Assembly (NCBI GenBank): GCA_026394215.1
Contig: JAPKYR010000198.1
Coordinates: 1-50,037 of the forward strand
Direction: 5' to 3'
Origin: a bacterium
GTDB taxonomy: Bacteria > JAJVIF01 > JAPKYR01
Length of the DNA: 50,037 nt
Positions 32,760-41,877 of this stretch are shown in pieces. A program made the position numbers and the translations under genes. How positions within the stretch are numbered: position 1 is the first letter of the stretch; the number at the start of each line of letters is the position of its first letter. The notes beneath the pieces are model-generated. The model was given only the letters and a program-made list of their open reading frames with translations, searched no databases and had not been told where the DNA came from.

Positions 32760-33585
32760 CGTTTAAATCCTCATTATTGTTATAATCTTCCGATCCGTTG
32801 TGGTTCTCTTCAAATCTTTCTATTTCTATCGCGATCCCGTTACCCGGGTCCACTGTCAGAATCACTCCGCCGCAAATCACCGGACCCTTCGCCACCTGGA
32901 ATCGAACCGGCAGGCATGTCAGAAACTTTTTGATGACCTGGCCCGACTCAATTCCGAGAATTCCGTCATGCGGTCCCACCATTCCGATATCGGTCTGGTA
33001 CGCTGTCCCGCCCGGAAGAATCCTCGTGTCAGCGGTAGCGATATGAGTATGTGTTCCAAGAACCGCGGTAACTTTGCCGTCAAGATGAAGCCCCATTGCG
33101 ACACGCTCGCTTGTCGCTTCCGCATGAAAATCAACAATGATAATGGGTGTGATCTTCCGGATTTCAGAAAGGCATTTTTCGGCGGCGGAGAATGGCGAAT
33201 CTATCGGGTCCATGAAAACCTGCCCTTGGAGATTCAACACGCCGACCCTGGCTCCGTCTACCGATTCGATTATGCCCCATCCTTTTCCGGGGATGGAATC
33301 GGGATAATTTGCCGGCCTTATGACATTGCGGAATCGTTCGAACAGCTCCGCATAATCCTTCTGCTTCCAGATATGATTCCCGCTCGTGATAATATCGATC
33401 CCGTAGCTGAACAATTCCTCCGCATTTTTAACAGAGAGACCATTCCCGCCAGACGCGTTCTCTCCATTGGCGAAAATAAAATCGAGCCGGCGGCTTTTTC
33501 GCCAGGTATGGACATGGTCGCGGCACGCGTGGCGTCCCGGACGGCCAACAATATCCCCGAGCATGAGAATTCTGAGCGGTCTCAT
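32737..33585 (-). CDS. ymdB: YmdB-family metallophosphoesterase (2',3'-cyclic-nucleotide phosphodiesterase-like).
   Basis: RILMLGDIVGRPGR, ANGENASGGNGLS, ITSGNHIW, VDFHAEATSE, GTHTHIATAD, MVGPHDGILG. These motifs are collinear with B. subtilis YmdB as I recall it. Confidence 0.9.
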   Translation of the reverse strand: MRPLRILMLGDIVGRPGRHACRDHVHTWRKSRRLDFIFANGENASGGNGLSVKNAEELFSYGIDIITSGNHIWKQKDYAELFERFRNVIRPANYPDSIPGKGWGIIESVDGARVGVLNLQGQVFMDPIDSPFSAAEKCLSEIRKITPIIIVDFHAEATSERVAMGLHLDGKVTAVLGTHTHIATADTRILPGGTAYQTDIGMVGPHDGILGIESGQVIKKFLTCLPVRFQVAKGPVICGGVILTVDPGNGIAIEIERFEENHNGSEDYNNNEDLNDAEHKSR

Positions 33586-34022
33586 TAATAAACCTCTTTC
33601 CTAGTATAGTATCGGCAGAAAATGGTCTTTCTAGTTGAAGGGAATTAAGCAGATTTTATGTAAATTGTTCGCCGAAAGGATCGGAGGCGTGAACGTAAAT
33701 TGCTTCAAAATCCAGTTTCCAAAACTCATCCAATGCTAAAAAAATAAAAACTTTCCCGACAGGCTCGTAAGTGAGCGCTTCCGATACATTCGCAAGATAG
33801 CCAAAAATGTATTTTCCGAACATAATAATAGGGATTGCAGGTAATCCTTAAAAAAGCCATGAAAGGCCTATGGAATGGGAAAGGAGGGGAGATAAACGCA
33901 GGTATTCGGGATTATAAAATCGATTAACGTTTAAATCAGTTTGAGTCTTATAGTTAAAATCCGGGCATGAACAGGCAATAGTAAGCTAGAGGAACACTCG
34001 CGAAGCGGGAGGAATTTCGATA

Positions 34023-35591
34023 ATGATAAAACTCAGAACAATTGCAGTAATTTTTTGGACGGTTCTGATTGTGGGTCTAATATTTACAGGGGCATGCTCT
34101 AATGGCAGTCCGACAATACCTGACCCTACAGGCGTCCAGGGCGATGAACTCGGCGCAACACCAACAGATCCTGATTTGACGGCGCTGATGCTTGGTTACG
34201 AGGCATTAAAAGCCGCTGGCGGAGGGGTCGGCCATGTCGAAGTGACTGACACCGGACTTGCGGTCATCGGGATTTTCGACGCAATGACAGGTCATCCGTT
34301 AAACCAATTATCACGAATAGCACGCGTAACAATCGAGGAAAGTGACGGAACTACCAACACAATCAATATCATTGATAAAGCTATATGGACAATTACTAAT
34401 TATCCGGTCACAGTAACGGCGTATATTCCAGGCTACATTGCCAGAACGATTTTTAAGACCAACGGGAATGTAATTGCAATACCGCTTGCGCTTCTGGAAA
34501 ATTCAATACGACCTGCAACTGTTATTGGGTTTACTTTAGCCTACAACAATGTCGGCGGCATTGGCCAGAACGGACAACCATGGAAGATTTATGCCGCAAC
34601 ATCGCACATCAATCGGGACTGGAAAATATCTTATGGTGGGGGATATTTTACTTCGAGTCCGGTGCTGTCTGCGAACTCACAACAGTCTATTAGCGGGATC
34701 CCGGGCACGGTGTTGTACGCGAATCCACTGCAGAATGTTGGGGCGATGGCATTTATTTACGAATTGGATCCTGATAGCCCGGTGGAATCGGATTTCATTT
34801 TAAGCGGATGCTCATACTCGAATATCGGAAGTCTGGCGAGTGGAGCCGCCGGAGGCTGGGTTTTGAACTTCACTGAAGAAGGGCAGGGCGAGAATTACGG
34901 AACCGGCAATTACAGCTTCACTTATTTGCCAGGACTTGCCCCAACCAGCATCCTCGGCAGATTGTCCCTTTATCCCGGCGGGACGAAGGATGCATCGAGG
35001 GAGTTAATACCTTACTATCCGCAACTTGACGTCAGAGTCCAAGATGAAGGCAGCGGTTATAACGGCACATATGATCTGAATGCATACGCGGATCCTACAT
35101 TTGTCGATCGCGAAGTTATTTACGCGACAATGGCATATTCTGATGGAGTGACTGAAACCCGGTTCGTTCCATGGGATTCTGAAGGAGCCGCGCCGGATAT
35201 TGCTTTCGGCAATCCCGCGGTCATGGATTCATCTCTGTGGACGGTGCTCGATGAGGAAGGCAATCTCAGTTTTGAGTGCGCATGGACAGATGCAACTCCC
35301 GGCGACACGGAGGGGTACCAGGTTTTACAACTTATCACTCAGGCTGACGGGCCAGTCTGGGAAATCTATGTTCCCATGGATGTCCGTGAAATCATCGCTG
35401 ACTTCAAAGTTGGATTGCCGGCCAGCGCGTTGACTGGTACTATCGGCGAGATTCCGATGGTACAGGTCGAGCGCGTCGAAAGTTCCGATATAAGCCTTGA
35501 CGCACTTAATTTCCAGGCGGTTTGGGCTAATTCATCCGCGTGGATTACTTCGGCGCCTATTGAAAGCGATGTTGATAATATGTTTGACTAA
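34023..35591 (+). CDS. Lipoprotein of unknown function (522 aa).
   Basis: Signal peptide with lipobox LIFTGA|C. The segment YPVTVTAYIPGYIARTIF resembles a carboxypeptidase-regulatory-like beta-sandwich. Confidence 0.6.
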   Translation: MIKLRTIAVIFWTVLIVGLIFTGACSNGSPTIPDPTGVQGDELGATPTDPDLTALMLGYEALKAAGGGVGHVEVTDTGLAVIGIFDAMTGHPLNQLSRIARVTIEESDGTTNTINIIDKAIWTITNYPVTVTAYIPGYIARTIFKTNGNVIAIPLALLENSIRPATVIGFTLAYNNVGGIGQNGQPWKIYAATSHINRDWKISYGGGYFTSSPVLSANSQQSISGIPGTVLYANPLQNVGAMAFIYELDPDSPVESDFILSGCSYSNIGSLASGAAGGWVLNFTEEGQGENYGTGNYSFTYLPGLAPTSILGRLSLYPGGTKDASRELIPYYPQLDVRVQDEGSGYNGTYDLNAYADPTFVDREVIYATMAYSDGVTETRFVPWDSEGAAPDIAFGNPAVMDSSLWTVLDEEGNLSFECAWTDATPGDTEGYQVLQLITQADGPVWEIYVPMDVREIIADFKVGLPASALTGTIGEIPMVQVERVESSDISLDALNFQAVWANSSAWITSAPIESDVDNMFD

Positions 35592-35639
35592 TTGACTGAT
35601 TTGTCTTTTGTGATAAATTGAATCGAATTGATAAAAATG

Positions 35640-35664
35640 ACCCCGGAAAAAATCCGGGGTTTTC
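35640..35664. terminator. Bidirectional intrinsic terminator between convergent genes.
   Basis: ACCCCGG (35640-35646) pairs with CCGGGGT (35654-35660) around loop AAAAAAT. It is flanked by an A-run upstream and a T-run downstream. Confidence 0.7.
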
Positions 35665-35684
35665 ACTTTCATTTTTTCAGAAAC

Positions 35685-36278
35685 TCAGATTTTCCTGGAC
35701 CTCTGTTTGAATTCCTCCGGCGATTCATTCGATAGCAGGCTGCGCTCTACCTTGTCGATATACTTATGTCCCTCGCGTTTTGGTTTGATTGCCTCTTCCT
35801 CCTCCTTCGCTTTTTCAATATCGACCTGCGAAGGCAATATAAGTTTCGCAATCAGGTCAGCATCGGTTGAAGTTTCCTGTGTAGCCGCCGGGAGACTTTC
35901 GGAAGGAACTTCAGAAAGGTCGAATAATCTCCCCTGGACAGCCTCCTGAACTTCGGGCTTTGTATCATTGGAAATAGTGTTTCCGGTTTCATCCTCTGCT
36001 TTCTCGCGGGAAGCTTTTTCCTTGAGGATCATGGCTTTCAAATCCTCACGGCTCATATACTCAAACTGGGCAACGGGATTATAGTTCTCTTTCCCATTTT
36101 TAATCTGCTTGTCACGCGAGCCAGCCATTCTGTAATAGTGGCTGAACATAAGGACAAGGAGTCCAATACAGATAAGGACAACCGCGAGGCCGATCTGATT
36201 CGCGATACTGAGGTCTCCGGCCATAGTCCCGGGCTGCAATCCTGACTGGATGAAGGTATAAACGGTTATCGCGTACAT
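35685..36278 (-). CDS. Membrane-anchored protein of unknown function with a charged C-terminal region.
   Basis: TM helix IGLAVVLICIGLLVLMF followed by Lys/Glu-rich sequence. Confidence 0.5.
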   Translation of the reverse strand: MYAITVYTFIQSGLQPGTMAGDLSIANQIGLAVVLICIGLLVLMFSHYYRMAGSRDKQIKNGKENYNPVAQFEYMSREDLKAMILKEKASREKAEDETGNTISNDTKPEVQEAVQGRLFDLSEVPSESLPAATQETSTDADLIAKLILPSQVDIEKAKEEEEAIKPKREGHKYIDKVERSLLSNESPEEFKQRSRKI

Positions 36279-36300
36279 TTTTTAAGTATCCTGACCTGCT

Positions 36301-36594
36301 TTAAAAAGACTCGCCTTCAATAAATCCATCGTCCGATTTTCCGCTTTCCTCCGATTTTATTTCCTTCTCAACTTCCGAGTCCCCGAATCTATCACGTTCA
36401 GCGATTTTTCTTGCCGCCAGAGCCTGCATCTCGAGCCTGAGCTGTTCTTCCCTTGCCTCGCCTGCCGCCGATGATTTCCGGCTGAATTTGCTATGTAAAT
36501 ACAAAAAAAGAAAGACTATTATTGCCAGACCGATAACCGGAATAAGCGACATTTTCAATATTTTTATTATATCAGAATAATTAATCGTCTCCAC
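36301..36594 (-). CDS. Small single-TM protein of unknown function.
   Basis: TM helix LIPVIGLAIIVFLFLYL followed by a charged tail. Its start overlaps the def stop by 14 nt. Confidence 0.5.
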   Translation of the reverse strand: METINYSDIIKILKMSLIPVIGLAIIVFLFLYLHSKFSRKSSAAGEAREEQLRLEMQALAARKIAERDRFGDSEVEKEIKSEESGKSDDGFIEGESF

Positions 36595-37225
36595 CGGTTG
36601 ATTCTCCCGATATGGATGATGTTTGCTCTTCTTCAGATTCTTCGTCGTCGCTTGCCAGCCTGAGAGTCCCCTCTTTTGCGCGATCGGTGAAAAGGATGCC
36701 GTCCAGATGATCTATTTCATGCTGGATACATCGCGCTTCAAGGCCGGTGGCAACTCTCTCGAACTTTTTCATGTCGAGATCGTATGCCTGAAACGTAATT
36801 TTCAAAGCACGCTCGACTTTCGCGAGCCATCCTTCCCGGGACAGACAACCCTCATCATCGATAATTGTCCCTTCTTTGGCGATAATTCGAGGATTTATAC
36901 AGACTGTATATTCGCCTGAATAGACACATTCAACCTCGACGTCCTCATCGGTTTCGGTACCGGGACTGTCGCATGGTCCTGGCGAGTTATTCGTTTCTCC
37001 AGACTCGGGATTTTCGGTATCCTCAAGTATGCGTCTTTCAGGAATTTCATAAATAAAAAAACGTTTAGCTTTTCCCACCTGGATGGCAGCAAGGCCGATA
37101 CCATTTTTCGCGACCATGGCATCGTACATTTCCGCGATCAGGTCGTGCATCTCATCGTCTACATGGGTAACACGTTTACTGGTCTTTCGGAGAAAAAGAT
37201 TCGAATCGTTAAGTATCTCAATCAT
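36581..37225 (-). CDS. def: Peptide deformylase with an internal acidic insertion and an acidic C-terminal tail.
   Basis: Motif 1 GIGLAAIQVG, motif 2 EGCLS, motif 3 QHEIDHLDG. Confidence 0.9.
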   Translation of the reverse strand: MIEILNDSNLFLRKTSKRVTHVDDEMHDLIAEMYDAMVAKNGIGLAAIQVGKAKRFFIYEIPERRILEDTENPESGETNNSPGPCDSPGTETDEDVEVECVYSGEYTVCINPRIIAKEGTIIDDEGCLSREGWLAKVERALKITFQAYDLDMKKFERVATGLEARCIQHEIDHLDGILFTDRAKEGTLRLASDDEESEEEQTSSISGESTGGDD

Positions 37226-37465
37226 AATAATCAGGCAAAAAAATCCCAGGCAACCAATAATGCCATAAGTATTATACCCTATTTGGACGGGGTCTTTAAC
37301 CGCTGAAACAGCCTGCCAGGGATGATTTTATAATTAACGGCTGCTAAACTATTCCGTTTCGCTGCCTTCCGTCGATAATTTAATGAACCGGCACGCATTA
37401 CATTCTGTCAAAAGATGCGAGTGGTCGGACAGTATAGCGAAAGTGAAGGCGGCAAGAGTTTCGGC

Positions 37466-38092
37466 ATGTTCAAACGCCAAAAGCTGATATTCACCGGCTT
37501 ATGGATAATATCGGTGGTCGTTTTTATTGTGACTCCCAGCTGTGCCGGCAGGGCAGGTAAAAGCTTATCCCGCGATACAATGGCGTTCCAACAGGAAACC
37601 GCCCCGGACTCAGGTTTTGCGAGGCCTTCCATTGCGAATTCAACCGCGCAATCGGAGAAGACATTACCGACCCGTGAGCCGTCGGAGCATGATCCGTTCG
37701 GGTATTTTCCGCTCGGGTGGATAAGCGACTGCCCGTTGCACCCGGAATGTTATGTGGGGTACTCCGGAATTTACGGCCAGTCGGGGCTGTACATTGTGAC
37801 ATTAATATCTCAGGATCAGGCTACCGGTCCGGGAGTGCAGAGTTTCCATATCGAATCCCTTGCGGGATGGGATAGCATACAGGTCTCCGAGGGTGATGAG
37901 GATGAAAAGGAAGATGGCACTGAATCGGAAAAACTGACGATAGTCGCGGACAGGCCGGATGCGGAATTGGTTATTATAACGGAGGTTGCGGTACCAGGAT
38001 TTGTCGCGTCACTGGATCACGCTGATTTCTGGTTGAACCTTGTGGGCCCGACCCCTCTTGTCACGCGGTATTTTTACACTCCTTTGAACTAA
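37466..38092 (+). CDS. Lipoprotein of unknown function.
   Basis: ATG 37466 inside ORF 37415..38092. MFKRQKLIFTGLWIISVVVFIVTPS|C lipobox. Confidence 0.55.
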   Translation: MFKRQKLIFTGLWIISVVVFIVTPSCAGRAGKSLSRDTMAFQQETAPDSGFARPSIANSTAQSEKTLPTREPSEHDPFGYFPLGWISDCPLHPECYVGYSGIYGQSGLYIVTLISQDQATGPGVQSFHIESLAGWDSIQVSEGDEDEKEDGTESEKLTIVADRPDAELVIITEVAVPGFVASLDHADFWLNLVGPTPLVTRYFYTPLN

Positions 38093-38226
38093 TTTTCCCG
38101 TTTATACTCCCATAGACTTGGAATCAGACTGACGATTGCAAATCCGGGGCTTGACATTAGCATGCGAATGGCTATCCTGATTTCAGAAGGAGTTCGGGAT
38201 CGTTCCAGAAACCCGGATGATGTTAA

Positions 38227-38850
38227 ATGCGTTCATATTCCATATACATTATTTTTTTACTGCTCGTGATGACGTCGATTGCCTGCGCATCGGTAGCTCC
38301 GAGCGGAAGTGAAAATGCGCAGAACCGGCAGGATGCGGATTCAGGCGCGGTATCGGGCGCATCCCTCGAGATGCCCATGCAGGCCGCGTCCGATGCTGTC
38401 TCGGAATCCGGCGGAGAATCGGAGAACCTTGGAGGGGTCGAAGGTTCTGCGGGGGATGAAAACCCACGCCTGATCCCGACAACCGGCACTATCAGTAACG
38501 ATTCCAGGTCGCCTGAGGATGAAATGATCCCGGACGGCTGGCCTGAATCTGTACCGATCATGGAAGGTTTCAAGGTCAATATCGGGAGCCGTAATCACTC
38601 GATACTGACCATTGTCGCTTATGGAGACAGTACAGTCGATGAAGTAAAGGACTTTTACATGAATCTTCCCGAATGGGAACTTCAGGATGATCCGGAGACA
38701 GTCGAGACGAACGGGGAAGACGGCGGTACGGTTGAAGAGGAAATTTATATTTTCAACAAGGGGTTTGAAATACTGAAGTTCAAGGTGTTTGAAAGCGAAG
38801 GTCAGACAGTGCTGAATCTTATGTACGAGGCTCAGACGCCGCAGGAATAA
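38227..38850 (+). CDS. Acidic lipoprotein of unknown function.
   Basis: Signal peptide IIFLLLVMTSIA|C lipobox, then an Asp/Glu/Ser/Gly-rich linker. Confidence 0.55.
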   Translation: MRSYSIYIIFLLLVMTSIACASVAPSGSENAQNRQDADSGAVSGASLEMPMQAASDAVSESGGESENLGGVEGSAGDENPRLIPTTGTISNDSRSPEDEMIPDGWPESVPIMEGFKVNIGSRNHSILTIVAYGDSTVDEVKDFYMNLPEWELQDDPETVETNGEDGGTVEEEIYIFNKGFEILKFKVFESEGQTVLNLMYEAQTPQE

Positions 38851-38910
38851 TCCTGAAATTAATTCCAATATTGTCGCAGTAGCAAAGGATGCCGGGGTCG
38901 AAAAAAGAAG

Positions 38911-38936
38911 AAGGCCCCTTGGGCAGGGACCTTTTT
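38911..38936 (+). terminator. Weak terminator-like hairpin.
   Basis: AAGGCCCC / GGGACCTT (one C-A mismatch) followed by TTTTT. Confidence 0.35.
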
Positions 38937-39128
38937 CAAGAGGAGGGTGCGAAGACTTTAGCAACCCGATGGTATCTTGTCAAGCATAAAAATTTATATT
39001 AAGAAGTGAACATATTCGATTGCGATAAGGTCCAAATTTTGCGTTATCATCAGTATGGAAAGTTATATTTTTCTTCAAATTTCATTAATAATTCGCGAGG
39101 TTCATCATTCTTAATTTTTTAAAGATAG

Positions 39129-39134
39129 TATAAT
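39129..39134 (+). promoter_or_regulatory. Candidate -10 box upstream of cdaA.
   Basis: A perfect TATAAT lies 38 nt upstream of the cdaA start in an A/T-rich stretch. No convincing -35 box. Confidence 0.3.
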
Positions 39135-39171
39135 GGATATCAGTAACATGGCGTGCTAACGGGGAGTCCTG

Positions 39172-40152
39172 TTGAATTTCTACAAAACGATATCACTCAT
39201 CGATGTACTGGACATACTCGTCCTGGCAACCGTCTTCTACCAGGTCATTCTGATTTTTCAGCGCACTCGCGCAACCCATCTCCTTCTGGGGATTTTTTAC
39301 TTTGCGGTACTGTTTTTCCTCGCATATTACCTCCAGATGACCGCTACTTTCTGGGTTTTTGAAAAATTGGCAAGCCTTTTGGCAATCGCGCTCCTCATTA
39401 TCTTCCAACCCGAGCTGAGGAATTTTTTCGAGCGCGCCGGACGTCGCGGTTTCCTTCTTGCGGCTGCCGCTGGCCCTTCCGGAGATAGGGAGGATGTCGA
39501 GCAGCTTCTGGATACCATCGTTCAGGCTCTGGAGGAAATGAGCGAGGAGCATACGGGGGCATTGATAGTAATCGAACGGGAAATCAGCCTCACGGAATAT
39601 ATTAATACGGGGGAAAGAATAAACGCCGAGGTTTCGAAGGAGCTTTTGAAAAGCATCTTCTATAAGGGAAATCCGCTTCATGACGGCGCTGTGATAATCA
39701 GGGAGGGGCGAATCGCGTCCGCAAGGGCTTTTCTGAAGCTGACAGATTCAAAAGACCTTCCATCGCATCTTGGCACAAGACATCGCGCCGCGATGGGAAT
39801 TACCGAAGCATCCGACGCCATCAGCCTTGTGGCAAGCGAGGAAACCGGGCACCTTTCTCTCTTCCATTCGGGAAAACCCGCATTCAGGCTTACCCCGAAC
39901 ACAATGCGCCTGATGGCGCGGGGGATAATAATTCCCGAGACTGGCCAGGAAACCCCTATTCATCAGTTCCGGCAGGGAATAAACAGATATTTCAAAAAAA
40001 ATCTGACACGGCAGGACAAAGCAAAGTTTCCTGAAAAAAGGGAAAAACCGTTAAGCACGAAGATAAAAATCCCGGTCGAAGACAGAAAAAACGTCGACCC
40101 GGAATCTGATACGGCTATCTCGCCCCCAATAAAAAGGGGTGAGCCGGATTGA
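39172..40152 (+). CDS. cdaA: Diadenylate cyclase CdaA (membrane-bound c-di-AMP synthase).
   Basis: TTG start with a GGGGAG RBS and three N-terminal TM helices. DAC domain: DGAVIIREGRIASARAFL...LGTRHRAAMGITEASDAISLVASEETGHLSL. Confidence 0.9.
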   Translation: MNFYKTISLIDVLDILVLATVFYQVILIFQRTRATHLLLGIFYFAVLFFLAYYLQMTATFWVFEKLASLLAIALLIIFQPELRNFFERAGRRGFLLAAAAGPSGDREDVEQLLDTIVQALEEMSEEHTGALIVIEREISLTEYINTGERINAEVSKELLKSIFYKGNPLHDGAVIIREGRIASARAFLKLTDSKDLPSHLGTRHRAAMGITEASDAISLVASEETGHLSLFHSGKPAFRLTPNTMRLMARGIIIPETGQETPIHQFRQGINRYFKKNLTRQDKAKFPEKREKPLSTKIKIPVEDRKNVDPESDTAISPPIKRGEPD

Positions 40153-41399
40153 CTAATCTGATGCGCCACAATCTGGGGATGAAAATCCTTGCTTTTGTAC
40201 TAGCGGTCACCGCATGGGGGTTCACCCGTATCGCGGATCCTATCGAAGAATGGCAGGTGGTTTTCGATCTCGATGTCCGGTTAAGCGAAGGCTATGCTCT
40301 CGTATCGCGATTTCCAAACGACCGTACAATAACGGGGTACGTGGTCGGCCAGGTGTCGCGCCTTCAAAGAGTCCAGGCGAGCAATCCGCGGGTTGTGCTT
40401 GATGGCCGCGGACTTCTGCCGGGAGAACCGCGCTCCGTCAATCTTCGCCTCGACAGGCGATTTCCCGGTGTTAATATCGAACTCAAGCCATCGACTATTG
40501 ACCTGAAAGTCGATATATATGCGACGTCCACATTCACCCCTGAAGAGATTACGAATGGACGCCTATCGGCAGGTTATTATATTGACTCGCGAAGCGGCCT
40601 GCCTTCGGAAATATCTGTCAGCGGGGCGAAATCGCTTATAGATAACATCAGCAAGGTAATTTATGACTTGAATCTTGCGTCTCTGACCGGATCGACTCAA
40701 ATTTCGGTCGATTTCATGCCGATCGATGCTATCGGTAATGAAATTCCGAATCTTACTCTCACCCCCAAATCGGCGGAAATCGGGATCGGGCTTCAGCCCA
40801 GCCAGGCTTTGAAATCCGTTCCCATTGTGGTTGATTATCAGGGAAATCCGGCGTCCAACTTTGCGTTAACCTCGCTATCGTCGGACCCCTTCCTTGTGGA
40901 AGTTGCCGGACCCGCCGAAGCCCTTTCGGACATTGTCAGCATCCGTACCGAACCCTTAAACCTTACAGGCAAAACATCGTCGTTCGACCAGTCTGTCAGG
41001 CTGATTAACCCGAACGATAAAGTGTCCCTATCGGCGTCTCAGGCGAATGTCCACGTCGAAATCCGGCAGATCGATACGACCCTTATTTTTGAGGAAATAC
41101 TGGTAGAATTAAGGGGGGCGAATCCAAATTATGAATATTCCCTCAATCCGGACCGTGTAGACATTACTATCCGAGGCGGTCTGTCCGGGATTTCGGAAGC
41201 AAGTTCAGACGAGGTGCGCCCAAGAATCGACCTTAGCGGACTTGAGCCCGGCGTTCAGGATGTCCCGGTAACTGTCGCGTTGCCGTCGGGGGTCAGCCTT
41301 GATACGGTGTCCCCGTTGCAGATCGAGGTTACGATAACTGTAAAGGGCGATACGACGGGTGGACAGGATAATCCGACGCCAACTGATGGGACAGGTTGA
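40149..41399 (+). CDS. cdaR: CdaR / YbbR-like regulator of CdaA.
   Basis: The start overlaps the cdaA stop by 4 nt. N-terminal TM helix MKILAFVLAVTAWGF followed by repeated ~90-aa YbbR-like segments. Confidence 0.75.
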   Translation: MTNLMRHNLGMKILAFVLAVTAWGFTRIADPIEEWQVVFDLDVRLSEGYALVSRFPNDRTITGYVVGQVSRLQRVQASNPRVVLDGRGLLPGEPRSVNLRLDRRFPGVNIELKPSTIDLKVDIYATSTFTPEEITNGRLSAGYYIDSRSGLPSEISVSGAKSLIDNISKVIYDLNLASLTGSTQISVDFMPIDAIGNEIPNLTLTPKSAEIGIGLQPSQALKSVPIVVDYQGNPASNFALTSLSSDPFLVEVAGPAEALSDIVSIRTEPLNLTGKTSSFDQSVRLINPNDKVSLSASQANVHVEIRQIDTTLIFEEILVELRGANPNYEYSLNPDRVDITIRGGLSGISEASSDEVRPRIDLSGLEPGVQDVPVTVALPSGVSLDTVSPLQIEVTITVKGDTTGGQDNPTPTDGTG

Positions 41400-41435
41400 T
41401 AGGTTCGGTATTCCAATTTCTACAGTGCTAAAATG

Positions 41436-41786
41436 TTAGTGAGGCAAATAAAAATTAGCGATAACCATAAAAAATAAAGACGCACCTATCATAATCGCTG
41501 GAATAAAACCTACCCATAATACCCATGATCGTTCGCCTTTATCATAAGCGAGAATACTAACAATTAATGCTGAAACAGAAAGGATTATTGCAAGGAATCC
41601 CAACCAGAATCCTATGCCTGACCCGGTATTTTCACTGCTTGTATTGATAATTATATGGATAATAAAAGCGCCATAAATACCTAGCATAAGGAATACAAAA
41701 ATAGTAGCCAGACCCAGCCACATCGCCCACCAGGCTGTTTTTGTTTTTGGCTTCTCCCTGAATTTGCTGATTATTTCTGTTTGCAT
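41436..41786 (-). CDS. Small polytopic membrane protein of unknown function (116 aa).
   Basis: Four hydrophobic helices. The gene is A+T-rich and sits next to the methyltransferase. Confidence 0.5.
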   Translation of the reverse strand: MQTEIISKFREKPKTKTAWWAMWLGLATIFVFLMLGIYGAFIIHIIINTSSENTGSGIGFWLGFLAIILSVSALIVSILAYDKGERSWVLWVGFIPAIMIGASLFFMVIANFYLPH

Positions 41787-41877
41787 AGTTGTTCATTAGC
41801 AATTCATGTGCCGGGATTGTTGACAAATTTATTAATTTCCCAGCAAATGAATTGATGGGCTACTGGCTGGCGGATTA

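Noticed and set aside
38851-39171. Possible c-di-AMP (ydaO-type) or other riboswitch upstream of cdaA, and a c-di-GMP riboswitch upstream of pilM.
   Set aside because: I could not recognise the conserved cores of these RNAs by eye. An Infernal/Rfam scan is needed before any claim.
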